Part shown: in pieces, positions 8,266 through 17,361 of the stretch | Numbering within the stretch: the first letter of the stretch is position 1 | Layout: each line of letters starts with the position of its first letter | IMG/VR virus record: IMGVR_UViG_3300036985_004568 | Location: 1-64,000 of that record | Length of the DNA: 64,000 nucleotides | Source of the DNA: a virus | Strand: one strand, 5' to 3' | The notes under the pieces: model-generated | What the model saw: only the letters and a program-made list of their open reading frames with translations | Database searches by the model: none | What the model was told of the DNA's origin: nothing | Program-made: the position numbers and the translations under genes

Positions 8266-8472
8266 ATGAAAACAAAGGCGTTTGTAGTAGGGGATAGAGT
8301 TGTAACAAAGGACTTAGAGGGAATTATTTCGGAAGTGATTGATTCAAAAAATGTTATGGTAAGTTGGATTGATTCCTTAATAATAGGGAATACCTGCTTA
8401 TCACGAGATTTACTGCATTGGGATGAAACAATGAAAGTATATGATGTTCAACAAGGTAAAACAAGGATTTAA
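8266..8472 (+). CDS. SH3-like hypothetical protein
   Basis: FVVGDRVV; AGGAGG RBS. Confidence 0.6.
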   Translation: MKTKAFVVGDRVVTKDLEGIISEVIDSKNVMVSWIDSLIIGNTCLSRDLLHWDETMKVYDVQQGKTRI

Positions 8473-8488
8473 CTAAAAGGAGGAACAA

Positions 8489-8758
8489 ATGTATAATGCC
8501 TTAATGAGTGCTTGGTTGTTCATCTGGGTAGGGTGTCTAGTGACGGCAATGGTATTCTTTACTTACTATGTGTTATTTGGAAGAAATGTAAAAAAAGAAA
8601 GCTTAATGGTAGTTGTTGAAGGAGAAAAGGTCGTGCCTTGTCAATGTTGCGGGGAGGCTTGTAATACAATAGAAGTTAAAAAGCCTAAGGTGGCTAAGAA
8701 ATTTGTTAGTAAAGGAAAAATTGGTAGCAAACGGAAAACACGGAAGAAACTGGGTTGA
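8489..8758 (+). CDS. Membrane protein with basic tail
   Basis: N-terminal transmembrane helix; AGGAGG RBS. Confidence 0.6.
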   Translation: MYNALMSAWLFIWVGCLVTAMVFFTYYVLFGRNVKKESLMVVVEGEKVVPCQCCGEACNTIEVKKPKVAKKFVSKGKIGSKRKTRKKLG

Positions 8759-8784
8759 TTATTTTAGAAAATATGTTATACTTG
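8754..8784 (+). promoter_or_regulatory. Promoter, class 2 (copy 1)
   Basis: GTTGATTATTTTAGAAAATATGTTATACTTG (TTGATT-16 nt-TATACT); 30/31 identical to 26602..26632. Confidence 0.75.
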
Positions 8785-8811
8785 GCTTAACCAATAACAA
8801 GGAGGATTTAA

Positions 8812-9762
8812 ATGGTAAGACGTAAAGCAAAAAAGAGAATGGGTATACACAAGTTTATAGAAGCCAACTGGTCATTATTTATGGTAGGACTTATTGGGCT
8901 AATATTTCTTATCTTATTTGTTACCAAGGCTTTTGCAGGAGTAGAAACGGTTAAGGATAATAATGATGGAAATTTAGGGGATATTTTAGTAAATACGGGA
9001 ACAAAAAATGGACAAAGTGATGTAGGCACTTGGACAAATCCAACTTGTATACCCTCTTTAAAAGGAGATAAAGGAGACAAGGGAGATAAAGGAGCTACTG
9101 GTGCAACTGGATTACAGGGTATCCAGGGAAATCAAGGTTTTGTAGGAAATAATGGAACTAATGGTTTAAATGGTAAAGATGGTAAAGATGGAATTAATGG
9201 TAAAGATGGTAAAGATGGAATTAATGGTAAAGATGGTAAAGATGGAATTAATGGTAAAGATGGTAAAGATGGAATTAATGGTAAAGATGGTAACGATGGA
9301 GAAGTTGGACCAAAGGGTGACCAGGGAGATGTGGGATTGCCAGGAGTTCCTGGGGAAGAAGGCGCAAAGGGAGACATTGGAGACAAAGGGGAGCACGGGA
9401 TACAGGGAATGAAGGGCCTTGACTTTGATCCCGCAACTCTTAATGAACAGAATAGTAAACTTGATAATATGAACTCTCGTATTAACAAATTAGAAAGAAC
9501 GCAGTATGTATTTCAGGGGGAAGTAAGATTATTTGATACTCGCAAATGGACAGGAAAACCTTTTGTGCGATACAATATTCAAAGGCACAAGGTGGATACC
9601 GTTGGCTTTATACTCACCTACAAAATGGGTAAGAGTTATGAAGAACGCCAAATGGAGTTATTAAATACTCGTCTTGATCGAATGGAAAAAAACCAACCCG
9701 CAGTAATTGAAAGACATTATAATGCGGACGGAACAGTAAAGGAAATTAGTATCCACGATTAG
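8812..9762 (+). CDS. Exported collagen-like protein with coiled coil and beta-strand C-terminal region
   Basis: Hydrophobic N-terminus ending AFA; long Gly-X-Y run; heptad LNEQNSKLDNMNSRINKLE; amphipathic strands. Confidence 0.8.
   Translation: MVRRKAKKRMGIHKFIEANWSLFMVGLIGLIFLILFVTKAFAGVETVKDNNDGNLGDILVNTGTKNGQSDVGTWTNPTCIPSLKGDKGDKGDKGATGATGLQGIQGNQGFVGNNGTNGLNGKDGKDGINGKDGKDGINGKDGKDGINGKDGKDGINGKDGNDGEVGPKGDQGDVGLPGVPGEEGAKGDIGDKGEHGIQGMKGLDFDPATLNEQNSKLDNMNSRINKLERTQYVFQGEVRLFDTRKWTGKPFVRYNIQRHKVDTVGFILTYKMGKSYEERQMELLNTRLDRMEKNQPAVIERHYNADGTVKEISIHD
9169..9300 (+). repeat. 27-bp tandem repeat (4 perfect copies plus 1 partial)
   Basis: AATGGTAAAGATGGTAAAGATGGAATT, encoding NGKDGKDGI. 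Confidence 0.95.
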
Positions 9763-9858
9763 CAGGTGAGTGCGTAGTAGCGAACAAAGCGGGTATGGTG
9801 GGGGAGACTTCCCCGAAAATAAGCAAGTTTTCCTCACCTACCTAATTCGGAGGTAAAA

Positions 9859-10035
9859 ATGAAAGACCCTAAAAGAATTAAAAGAATCTGTAAATTACTT
9901 GAAAAACAATGGTCAAAAGTACCAGACCAAAGGCTTGGTCAATTTATTGCTAATTATATTTTTGGACACCATACAGATACTTTTTATCAGGAAGACACTA
10001 CTTCAGAAGAATGCTTAAATAAACTTTCTTTATAA
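9859..10035 (+). CDS. YihD/DUF1040-like small phage protein (not in ORF track)
   Basis: MKDPKRIKRICKLLEKQWSKVPDQRLGQFI; GGAGG RBS. Confidence 0.6.
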   Translation: MKDPKRIKRICKLLEKQWSKVPDQRLGQFIANYIFGHHTDTFYQEDTTSEECLNKLSL

Positions 10036-10039
10036 AGAG

Positions 10040-10291
10040 GTGAATATGGAGACCCCCAATAAGGAAGCTTTAGAACAAAATGAGGCACAGAAACAAATCC
10101 AAGCACGTATGAAGGCACAGCAGGATATGAAGGATAAGATTGATAAGGTATCTGCAGAAATAAATGTTATCTTGGAACGAGAAGGACTGACATTAAAGGT
10201 GGAACATAGCATTATGGTAGTACCAAATGACCAGCTGCAGATGATGCGTCCGCCTAAACCGCCTACTCCTCCAGAAGAAAGTAAGGAGTAA
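10040..10291 (+). CDS. Hypothetical protein
   Basis: Coiled-coil N-terminus and Pro-rich tail. Confidence 0.55.
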   Translation: MNMETPNKEALEQNEAQKQIQARMKAQQDMKDKIDKVSAEINVILEREGLTLKVEHSIMVVPNDQLQMMRPPKPPTPPEESKE

Positions 10292-10293
10292 AA

Positions 10294-11511
10294 ATGAAAT
10301 TATCAATCTTTACCCCAACACATGACCCAAAATATTTACAGGAGGCCTATGATTCAATTAAGAATCAGGACTTTGATGAGTGGGTTATAGTAGCCAACAA
10401 TACTTTAATACCAAATTTTAATGATTCTCGTGTAAAGGTATTCGAGTATAATGATGTTCATTTTGTTGGAGCTTTAAAGAAAGTAGCGTGTGGATATTGT
10501 ACTGGAGATATTTTAGTTGAGCTAGACCACGATGACCTTCTTACGGATGATGCCATAAAAGAAATTAGAAAGGCATTTGAAGATCCAAGAATAGGATTTG
10601 TACATTCAAATGCAACTAATTTCAAGAATAACTTCGAACCAACTCCTCTATATAGTACAGCTTTTGGATGGAAGTATCGTCCATTCCTATATAAAGGGCA
10701 TAAATTAGATGAGTATATTGCATTTGCTTCCACACCTGCAAGTGTTTCTCGTATTTGGTATTGTCCTAACCATGTTCGTGCATGGAGAAAAGATGCATAT
10801 ATTAAAGCTGGAGGACATTCCGAGAATATGAGGGTATTAGATGACCAGGATTTAATTGCAAGGACATATTTAATTACTGAATTTAAGCATATAGATAAAT
10901 GTTTATATCTATATAGAATTACTGGAGATAATACTTGGTTAAAACATAACGCTGAGATTCAGAATAATGTTTATCGCATCTATGATAAATATATATTTAA
11001 GATTGTAGAGAAGTGGGCTGATACTAATTTTTTCTTAAAATTAGATTTAGGTGGAAGATTTAATTGCCCTAAAGGATATAAGAGTGTTGATATGAAAGAT
11101 GCTGACTATAATATTGACCTAACAAAACCCTGGCCGTTTAAGGATAATTCAGTAGGAGTACTTAGGGCGCAAGATATATTGGAGCATCTAAAAGATCCAA
11201 TCCATGTAATGAAAGAAGCTTATAGGGTGCTGGCTCCTGGTGGATATTTTATGATCAATGTTCCAAGCACTGATGGAAGAGGGGCATTTCAAGACCCAAC
11301 CCATGTAAGTTTCTGGAATGAGAATAGTTTCTGGTATTATACTAAACATGACCAGGCACGATTTATTGATACTCCAGTAAGATTTCAGTCAATGCGGTTA
11401 TATAGTAGTAATCCTAATGAGTATTGCAAAGCTAACTATATCTGCTATGTAACCGCGCATCTAATAGCATTAAAAGGCCAATCCCGTCAACCAGGATTAA
11501 TTGAAATTTAG
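10294..11511 (+). CDS. GT2 glycosyltransferase fused to class I SAM methyltransferase
   Basis: LSIFTPTH, ELDHDD (DXD), DDQDL; then KLDLGG, DILEHL, RVLAPGG, QDPTH. Confidence 0.85.
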   Translation: MKLSIFTPTHDPKYLQEAYDSIKNQDFDEWVIVANNTLIPNFNDSRVKVFEYNDVHFVGALKKVACGYCTGDILVELDHDDLLTDDAIKEIRKAFEDPRIGFVHSNATNFKNNFEPTPLYSTAFGWKYRPFLYKGHKLDEYIAFASTPASVSRIWYCPNHVRAWRKDAYIKAGGHSENMRVLDDQDLIARTYLITEFKHIDKCLYLYRITGDNTWLKHNAEIQNNVYRIYDKYIFKIVEKWADTNFFLKLDLGGRFNCPKGYKSVDMKDADYNIDLTKPWPFKDNSVGVLRAQDILEHLKDPIHVMKEAYRVLAPGGYFMINVPSTDGRGAFQDPTHVSFWNENSFWYYTKHDQARFIDTPVRFQSMRLYSSNPNEYCKANYICYVTAHLIALKGQSRQPGLIEI

Positions 11512-11520
11512 GAGGGTACA

Positions 11521-11763
11521 ATGATTGTTAAACAAAGTTCTAACGTAACTAAAAATCTTCAACTTATGTATCAAGGACTTTGGTTAATGATTAAAGTGAT
11601 AGGTTGGTGTCTATGGCATTTGCTTATGGGATGGGCAATGGTAAATATGCTATTTTTTAAACCCAAGAAATGGGACATAGTTACTAAACTATTTTTATTA
11701 TTGGCTGGTAGAAAGTTCTATATGCACCTTACAAAACCAAAAGTTAAATGTAACCTAAGTTAA
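11521..11763 (+). CDS. Membrane protein
   Basis: Hydrophobic, Trp-rich segment; AGGAGG RBS. Confidence 0.5.
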   Translation: MIVKQSSNVTKNLQLMYQGLWLMIKVIGWCLWHLLMGWAMVNMLFFKPKKWDIVTKLFLLLAGRKFYMHLTKPKVKCNLS

Positions 11764-12216
11764 GGAGTCCCGAATATGAAAAGTGAGCCACCCGCCCCAG
11801 AGAAAGGATGAGAGATGAGAAAAAGCAAAGAATTTTTAATCCCAGATAGCAAGATACCAAAGTTATTTCAGCTTGCAACAGGAAGAAAATATAGTACTAA
11901 ACAGATTTGTATTAATGATTTGCGTAGGTTTTTTGAGTATTGCTTGATATATGTTACTCAGGAATATCAAAAAATTAAAAAGGACTAACCCCACGCTCCC
12001 AAAGGTGGGTAAAGGAGGAGGGATAGATGAAAATACTTTCTTTAAATAAGAAACAGCCTGATCCAGCCAAAGCGTTGATACTTATTTGTGCAGAATTAAT
12101 ACGATTAAGTGGACAAAAAAGGATAACTCCTAATGACAAACTTTCCCTTGGATACTATGGAGTTATGGGACTATGCCACACAGCGAGGTTGTCTAAAGAA
12201 AGTAGGAGAATTAAAA

Positions 12217-12879
12217 GTGGAAAATAATTTAAAACTACCAATTCCTAGAATTATTATCCCAACCGGAATAGTTGAGTTTGATATGGCTATTGGTGGGGGC
12301 ATTCAAGCAGGGAGATTTATAGAAATATTTGGTAATGCTGGAGTTGGTAAAAGCCTATTTGCTTTATATTTAATTAAAGTATTACAAAATAACCGATCCA
12401 CTGAAGTTTTATATGTGGATGCAGACCAGTCCTTTGATCCCATACACGCCTCTAAACTAGGCATAAATTTAAAGACACTAGCACTAGCCAGGATACAGTC
12501 TGGGGATTTAAGTGGCATACTAGATTGTGCAAATGAGTATGATGTAATAGTTGTTGACCCCATCGTTGGAATGGATGAGCCCGAGATGATAGTAGACTTC
12601 TTTGTAAAACATTTAGAAGCCTTAAGTCATTCAAGGGCCTCATTCGTATTACTAAATCAATTACGTGTTAACTTAGGTAAAGGCAATCTTATAGCCCCAT
12701 TAGGAAGGGCTTTCCACCAGTTCATTTCAATCCGAGTTCTTATTACTAAGAAGCGAGTATTAAGTTCAAAAGGTATAATTTGTGGATATGAGTTAAATTG
12801 TGATGTAGTAAAGAATAAATTAGCACCAACCACTGGAACATTTAAAGTTACAGTGCCTTATGAAGGGGGGATAAAATGA
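12217..12879 (+). CDS. Divergent short RecA-family ATPase (paralog 1)
   Basis: IPTG..FDMAIGGGIQAGRFIEIFGNAGVGKS, YVDADQSFDP, VIVVD, LNQLR, VVKNKLAP; GTG 12217 after AGGAG. Confidence 0.85.
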   Translation: MENNLKLPIPRIIIPTGIVEFDMAIGGGIQAGRFIEIFGNAGVGKSLFALYLIKVLQNNRSTEVLYVDADQSFDPIHASKLGINLKTLALARIQSGDLSGILDCANEYDVIVVDPIVGMDEPEMIVDFFVKHLEALSHSRASFVLLNQLRVNLGKGNLIAPLGRAFHQFISIRVLITKKRVLSSKGIICGYELNCDVVKNKLAPTTGTFKVTVPYEGGIK

Positions 12880-13697
12880 ATTTCGTAGGACTTAAATCTA
12901 TATTATATGAATTAAAATTAATTGCAAGTAAAACCAGCACATTTCCACATTCCCTCTTCAAAGGTCCGAGGGGCTGTGGTAAAACTGTACTTAGTAGGGA
13001 AATCGGTAGAATAACTCATCAGAGATTTATTGAATTGAATGCTCCTGCGCTTGATAAGAAACGTTTATATGTAGTACTATTAAATACCAAGCCCAATGAT
13101 ATTATTTTTATTGATGAGATCCACAGGCTTACTCCTGTAGTTGAAGAAATCCTATATCAACCTATGGAATCAAAAATGTTAACCATACCCTGTGGTGGAC
13201 GATTAATGACAGTCCCCTTCGTTCCCTTTACTTTAATAGGGGCCACAACCAGACCGGCATTGATTACCAAACCCTTATTATCCAGATTTAAAATTACCAT
13301 TGATATTCCTCCCTATACTACAAGAGATTTGGCGAGGATAATTAAAGGTAAATATCAAATGACAAATAGGGAAGCATTAAACATCGCGAGGCACACATTA
13401 GTTCCAAGAGAGGCACTCAATTTAGCAGAGAGGGCCCTGGCATTAGATATGGGTGTTGCTACTGGATTAACTTTCCTAAACTTTAAGGATGGTTTATCTG
13501 CAGATGAAAGAGTATACTTAAAGCAATTAGCACAAGGGGATAGCCACTCCATACAGTCGATTGCCAGTGGGATGCAATTGGAACTTGATTCCATTACCTT
13601 TTTAGAAGATCGATTATTCAAATTAGGGTATATAGAAGTAACCAGTAAGGGTAGGCAATTAACTTATCTGGGCCTAGCAAAAGCAAGGAGCCTATAA
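12876..13697 (+). CDS. ruvB: Holliday junction branch-migration ATPase RuvB
   Basis: GPRGCGKT, IFIDEIHRL, EEILYQPME, FTLIGATTR, PLLSRF, C-terminal TSKGR. Confidence 0.9.
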   Translation: MNFVGLKSILYELKLIASKTSTFPHSLFKGPRGCGKTVLSREIGRITHQRFIELNAPALDKKRLYVVLLNTKPNDIIFIDEIHRLTPVVEEILYQPMESKMLTIPCGGRLMTVPFVPFTLIGATTRPALITKPLLSRFKITIDIPPYTTRDLARIIKGKYQMTNREALNIARHTLVPREALNLAERALALDMGVATGLTFLNFKDGLSADERVYLKQLAQGDSHSIQSIASGMQLELDSITFLEDRLFKLGYIEVTSKGRQLTYLGLAKARSL

Positions 13698-14785
13698 TGG
13701 TATTTTCAACGCTATACGCTAATGCAAGTAACGGTAAGATAAAGATGTGGAGCATTGAGGCTGATGGTAATACTATGATAATTCGTAGTGGATATGAGGG
13801 TGGAAAAATGGCCGAGCAAAGAAAAACCATTGTGGGTAAGAATATTGGTAAAGCCAATGAAACTTCAGATGGACAACAATGTCATTTGGAATGCAAATCT
13901 AAGTGGCAGAAGAAGATAGATGAACAATACTGTGAAGACCGTATGAAGATTAAGGAATATGGTGAACAAGAGATATTACTTCCTATGTTGGCCTTGAACT
14001 TTAGAGATAGGGAACACGACATTAAATTTCCCTGCTATGTCCAACCTAAAATTAATGGAGTAAGGTGTATCTATCAAGGAGATAAGTTTATATCCCGTAA
14101 AGGAAAAGAATATACAACTCTCAAGCATCTTGCTATAGAATTAAAGGAACTTGGAATCACTATGCCGGATGGAGAGATTTATGTTCACGGAATGGCCTTT
14201 CAAGAGATAATCCGTAGGGTAAAAAAAGATCGGGGTGTAAAGACACAGGCCTTAGAATATTGGATTTATGATCAAGTTAATGATCAGAAGTTTAAGGCGC
14301 GTAATGATGAAATTAGTAATAAATTTAAGGATTATTTTATCCAGGCTCCTAGTATTAGAAAGTGTAAGATAAAATATGTTGAAACTGTTTTAGTTAACTC
14401 TAAAGAAGAAATTAAACAATGGCACGGTAAATTTGTACAGCAGGGATTTGAAGGAGTAATTATTCGTAATGTGGATGGATTATATAAAGTGAAGCATCGT
14501 TCTCAGGATCTCCAAAAATATAAGGAGTTCTTTGATGCTGAATTTGAGATTGTAGGTTATCACGAAGGAACGGGTACGGATGATGGAACAGTTATATTTG
14601 AAGTAAAAACTAAAAAAGGACAAGTATTTAGTGTCCGGCCCAGGGGAACACATGAAGTAAGGTCGGAGTATTTGGAGGACATTTCTAGCATCATTGGGAA
14701 AGAACTTACAGTTAGATATCAAAACCTTAGTGAGGAAGGTATTCCAATTTTTCCAGTGGGAATATCTATTAGAGACTATGAATAA
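13697..14785 (+). CDS. ATP-dependent DNA ligase with N-terminal WGR-like domain
   Basis: QPKINGVRC (motif I), PDGEIY, FEGVIIR, QKYK, OB-fold tail PIFPV. Confidence 0.9.
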   Translation: MVFSTLYANASNGKIKMWSIEADGNTMIIRSGYEGGKMAEQRKTIVGKNIGKANETSDGQQCHLECKSKWQKKIDEQYCEDRMKIKEYGEQEILLPMLALNFRDREHDIKFPCYVQPKINGVRCIYQGDKFISRKGKEYTTLKHLAIELKELGITMPDGEIYVHGMAFQEIIRRVKKDRGVKTQALEYWIYDQVNDQKFKARNDEISNKFKDYFIQAPSIRKCKIKYVETVLVNSKEEIKQWHGKFVQQGFEGVIIRNVDGLYKVKHRSQDLQKYKEFFDAEFEIVGYHEGTGTDDGTVIFEVKTKKGQVFSVRPRGTHEVRSEYLEDISSIIGKELTVRYQNLSEEGIPIFPVGISIRDYE

Positions 14786-14960
14786 AAGAATGATCTGCAT
14801 ACATAGAACTGAGAAGTGTGTAAGAACAGAATGTGTACATTGCGTACCACATGAAGAGAGACTAGGTATATGTGATAGAAAAGCGTGTGGCTATGCCTTT
14901 AATCAAAAAGCACATTGTAAAGTACTAACTAAAACAGAGTTAATTATTGAATCTTACTAA
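14778..14960 (+). CDS. Cys/His zinc-binding mini-protein, C-terminal tag family
   Basis: ICIHRTEKCVRTECVHCVPH; ends CKVLTKTELIIESY. Confidence 0.75.
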   Translation: MNKRMICIHRTEKCVRTECVHCVPHEERLGICDRKACGYAFNQKAHCKVLTKTELIIESY

Positions 14961-14970
14961 GGAGGTTACA

Positions 14971-15261
14971 ATGAATGCTCCAATTATTGAACAAGGCAGT
15001 AATAATCTTTTTGCAGAACAAGTACCAGAACAGGTTGGATTGGATTTAAAGTGTCCTGGATGTGGAAACAACCTTACAATGAATGATAAGGGATTGGTAT
15101 GTCCCGTATGTGATAAAGAAAAGAAGGTATTGGTAAAAAAGCATTGGTTATTCGGATACAAGGTTATTGAAGCACATAATGTTTTTTGTGGGGAATATCT
15201 AACCATTGAACAGTGTGAGGAACTTACTAAAAAGGGAGTAGACATTAGTGTTAAATACTAA
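14971..15261 (+). CDS. Zinc-ribbon protein
   Basis: CPGC...CPVC; AAGGAGG RBS. Confidence 0.65.
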   Translation: MNAPIIEQGSNNLFAEQVPEQVGLDLKCPGCGNNLTMNDKGLVCPVCDKEKKVLVKKHWLFGYKVIEAHNVFCGEYLTIEQCEELTKKGVDISVKY

Positions 15262-15478
15262 ACTATTTAAAGCATATTTAGTTGAAGTAACTGATGAAGC
15301 TTCCTTTTTGGAGAAGCACATTGTTATACTATTACTACAACCCACATTGGACTCAGTACCAACTATCTTTGATTATACGGAACTAAAAATAATTAGAACT
15401 GATAGTATCTATAAACTTATAAAAGAAATTAAGATGCCTAAGGATGCCGAGGCCAGGTTATTATTAACCTATTATTAG
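15248..15478 (+). CDS. Hypothetical protein with a variant of the C-terminal tag
   Basis: Ends DAEARLLLTYY. Confidence 0.55.
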   Translation: MLNTKLFKAYLVEVTDEASFLEKHIVILLLQPTLDSVPTIFDYTELKIIRTDSIYKLIKEIKMPKDAEARLLLTYY

Positions 15479-15624
15479 GAGGGGTTCTTTTCATAAAACA
15501 GTTTGTACCCTATCCTGAAAATTGGTTACATTTAGATATTGCCTCTTCTGCTTTTGGTAAGGATGGTAAGGCCAATGGGGCGCCAATAAAAACATTAATT
15601 AAATTTATTGAAGGGTTAATATAG
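15478..15624 (+). pseudogene. C-terminal remnant of an M17 leucyl aminopeptidase
   Basis: GGVLFIKQFVPYPENWLHLDIASSAFGKDGKANGAPIKTLIKFIE matches the PepA C-terminal pattern LFLxxFV..WxHLDIA..G..xxTL. In-frame stop at 15439 and no start codon. Confidence 0.7.
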
Positions 15625-15626
15625 CA

Positions 15627-15803
15627 ATGGCCAAAGACATGATCTGCCCGGGATATAAAAAATGCCACCCTACAGCTTGTGCTTGTAGGGAGTTGCATGA
15701 ACAGGTCCACATATGTACTTCTTTTACCAGATGTCCTGAAGTAAATAGAAGAATTATATGTCGTAAGGCTACTAAAGAAGAAAAAATATATTTTAACTAT
15801 TAA
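15627..15803 (+). CDS. Cys/His zinc-binding mini-protein, C-terminal tag family (not in ORF track)
   Basis: MAKDMICPGYKKCHPTACACRELH...CRKATKEEKIYFNY. Confidence 0.75.
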   Translation: MAKDMICPGYKKCHPTACACRELHEQVHICTSFTRCPEVNRRIICRKATKEEKIYFNY

Positions 15804-15812
15804 AGGACAAAT

Positions 15813-15977
15813 ATGAAGAATAGAATATGTCCACGTTATAAAAAATGTAAAGAAGTCTGCTATCATAAAACAGTCCATGAAGTGGAAGACGGATGTGGGT
15901 ATAAATGTACCCCTAATGGAAAGATTGTAAACTGTAGACAAGCTACAATGGGAGAAATAATTATAGCGAATTTCTAA
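15813..15977 (+). CDS. Cys/His zinc-binding mini-protein, C-terminal tag family (not in ORF track)
   Basis: MKNRICPRYKKCKEVCYHKTVH...CRQATMGEIIIANF. Confidence 0.75.
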   Translation: MKNRICPRYKKCKEVCYHKTVHEVEDGCGYKCTPNGKIVNCRQATMGEIIIANF

Positions 15978-15981
15978 TTCT

Positions 15982-15996
15982 GGTATATAATATATA
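15982..15996 (+). promoter_or_regulatory. Promoter, class 3 motif GGTATATAATATATA
   Basis: Identical 15-mer occurs at five gene boundaries, each upstream of an RBS. Confidence 0.8.
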
Positions 15997-16192
15997 ATAG
16001 GAACACTAAAAGGAGGAAATGTGATTAATTTAACAAAAGAGCAGGTAAAATTAGGATGTAAGGCAGTAAGTATTATATTGGCAGTTATAGGCTTAGGTAT
16101 AATTTTTAAAACTAGTCCTATTGCCGTGGTATTAGTAATAATGGGTGTTGTTGGTTTTTACTTCTCAGATAAACCCTAAATCGGAGGTACTA

Positions 16193-17257
16193 ATGTCTCG
16201 TGTATTTAAAAGTATTATTGCCGGGTTAATTCTTATTGCTTTAGCTTTACAGGCCAAGTTCTTACAAGGAATAAATAATAAACTGTCATTTATGGACCAA
16301 GGACAGAGCATTATTACTTATGATTTAGATATACTTAATAAGAATTTACTAAATACTAATAATAATGTAATAGAAGGAGCACAGGCCACATTTGAATTAA
16401 ATAATGTGATGGTTAAAATTATGCAGGCAATAGATGGAAATAGTGTGGAACGGGATAATCAATTAACTGTTCAATTAGATAAATTAGTGGAATCTCTTGC
16501 CAAAGAAATTAAACTTAATAAAATACGAGATGCTTATTTAGCCAAAGTAACTAATTTTATTCTTAAAAAAAACCGTGATGAAGTAATGACACAAGAATTA
16601 TTTGATAGAGAAATTGAAGGGATAAGAAAACTAATTTCCCAATCAGAAGATGCGACAAGATTAGGAAGGGAATTAATTGAACATAATATAATGTTAAGCA
16701 ATATTATGCTTTATAATAATGAGGAGGGCACACAGGGATCTGGAATTACTATTAAGTTAAAAGATAAGTATTTTATACTTTCTGCTGCCCATTTAGTCTC
16801 AAATGATAAACAAATACTACAATTAGTAGAAAATGGAATTACTGTTTGTGATGTGCGCGTGGTACGTTGGGACAAAAAATTTGACTTACTCCTATTGGAA
16901 ACAGTTGATCCAGATATACAACCAAGAGTATGGACTACAATTGCCGTTAATGAGCCTCAAAAAGGGATTGATTCAATTTATGTTTGTGGAAATCCAATAG
17001 GTCTGGAAGACGTTTTAAGTACAGCAAGGGTAATAAAATATACAGGAGATTTCTTTTATTATTTAAATCATAGTTATTTCGGATCTTCTGGTGGGGGAAT
17101 ATTTAATATATCAGGAGAATTAGTTGGTACCATATCCCACTTGATTGCAGTTGATCCTACACCAGTAGGAATTGTAACGCAACGCTCCCCCATGTTTGTA
17201 ATTCATGGAGCTACGCGTACTCAAGCTATTCATAAATTCTTGGAAGGACTAGAGTAA
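16193..17257 (+). CDS. Membrane-anchored trypsin-like (S1) serine protease with coiled-coil stalk
   Basis: N-terminal transmembrane helix; catalytic triad motifs LSAAHLV, DLLLL, FGSSGGGIFN. Confidence 0.85.
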   Translation: MSRVFKSIIAGLILIALALQAKFLQGINNKLSFMDQGQSIITYDLDILNKNLLNTNNNVIEGAQATFELNNVMVKIMQAIDGNSVERDNQLTVQLDKLVESLAKEIKLNKIRDAYLAKVTNFILKKNRDEVMTQELFDREIEGIRKLISQSEDATRLGRELIEHNIMLSNIMLYNNEEGTQGSGITIKLKDKYFILSAAHLVSNDKQILQLVENGITVCDVRVVRWDKKFDLLLLETVDPDIQPRVWTTIAVNEPQKGIDSIYVCGNPIGLEDVLSTARVIKYTGDFFYYLNHSYFGSSGGGIFNISGELVGTISHLIAVDPTPVGIVTQRSPMFVIHGATRTQAIHKFLEGLE

Positions 17258-17260
17258 ATT

Positions 17261-17335
17261 TGCGGGGTGACGCATTGGTAGCGTGAAAGGCTCATAACCT
17301 TTAAGTAGGAAGTTCGATTCTTCCCCCCGCTTCCA
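17261..17335 (+). tRNA. tRNA-Met(CAT), initiator-like
   Basis: Full cloverleaf: acceptor TGCGGGG/CCCCGCT with a 1:72 mismatch, D stem ACGC/GCGT, anticodon arm AAAGG-CTCATAA-CCTTT, T arm GGAAG-TTCGATT-CTTCC, encoded CCA. Confidence 0.92.
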
Positions 17336-17361
17336 AAAAAGTATATGAAAGGACGGACTAA

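Noticed and set aside
9169-9300. Possible CRISPR array
   Set aside because: The units are contiguous with no spacers and lie in frame within a coding sequence. No cas genes are present.
9132-9488. Repetitive alternative-frame and antisense ORFs (PSLPSLPLI, MVKMVKMEL, IFTINS)
   Set aside because: These are shadows of the 27-bp collagen repeat, with no RBS or independent signal.
15510-15941. 143-aa minus-strand ORF
   Set aside because: The plus strand holds two clear family members and the peptidase relic, so this ORF is their antisense shadow.
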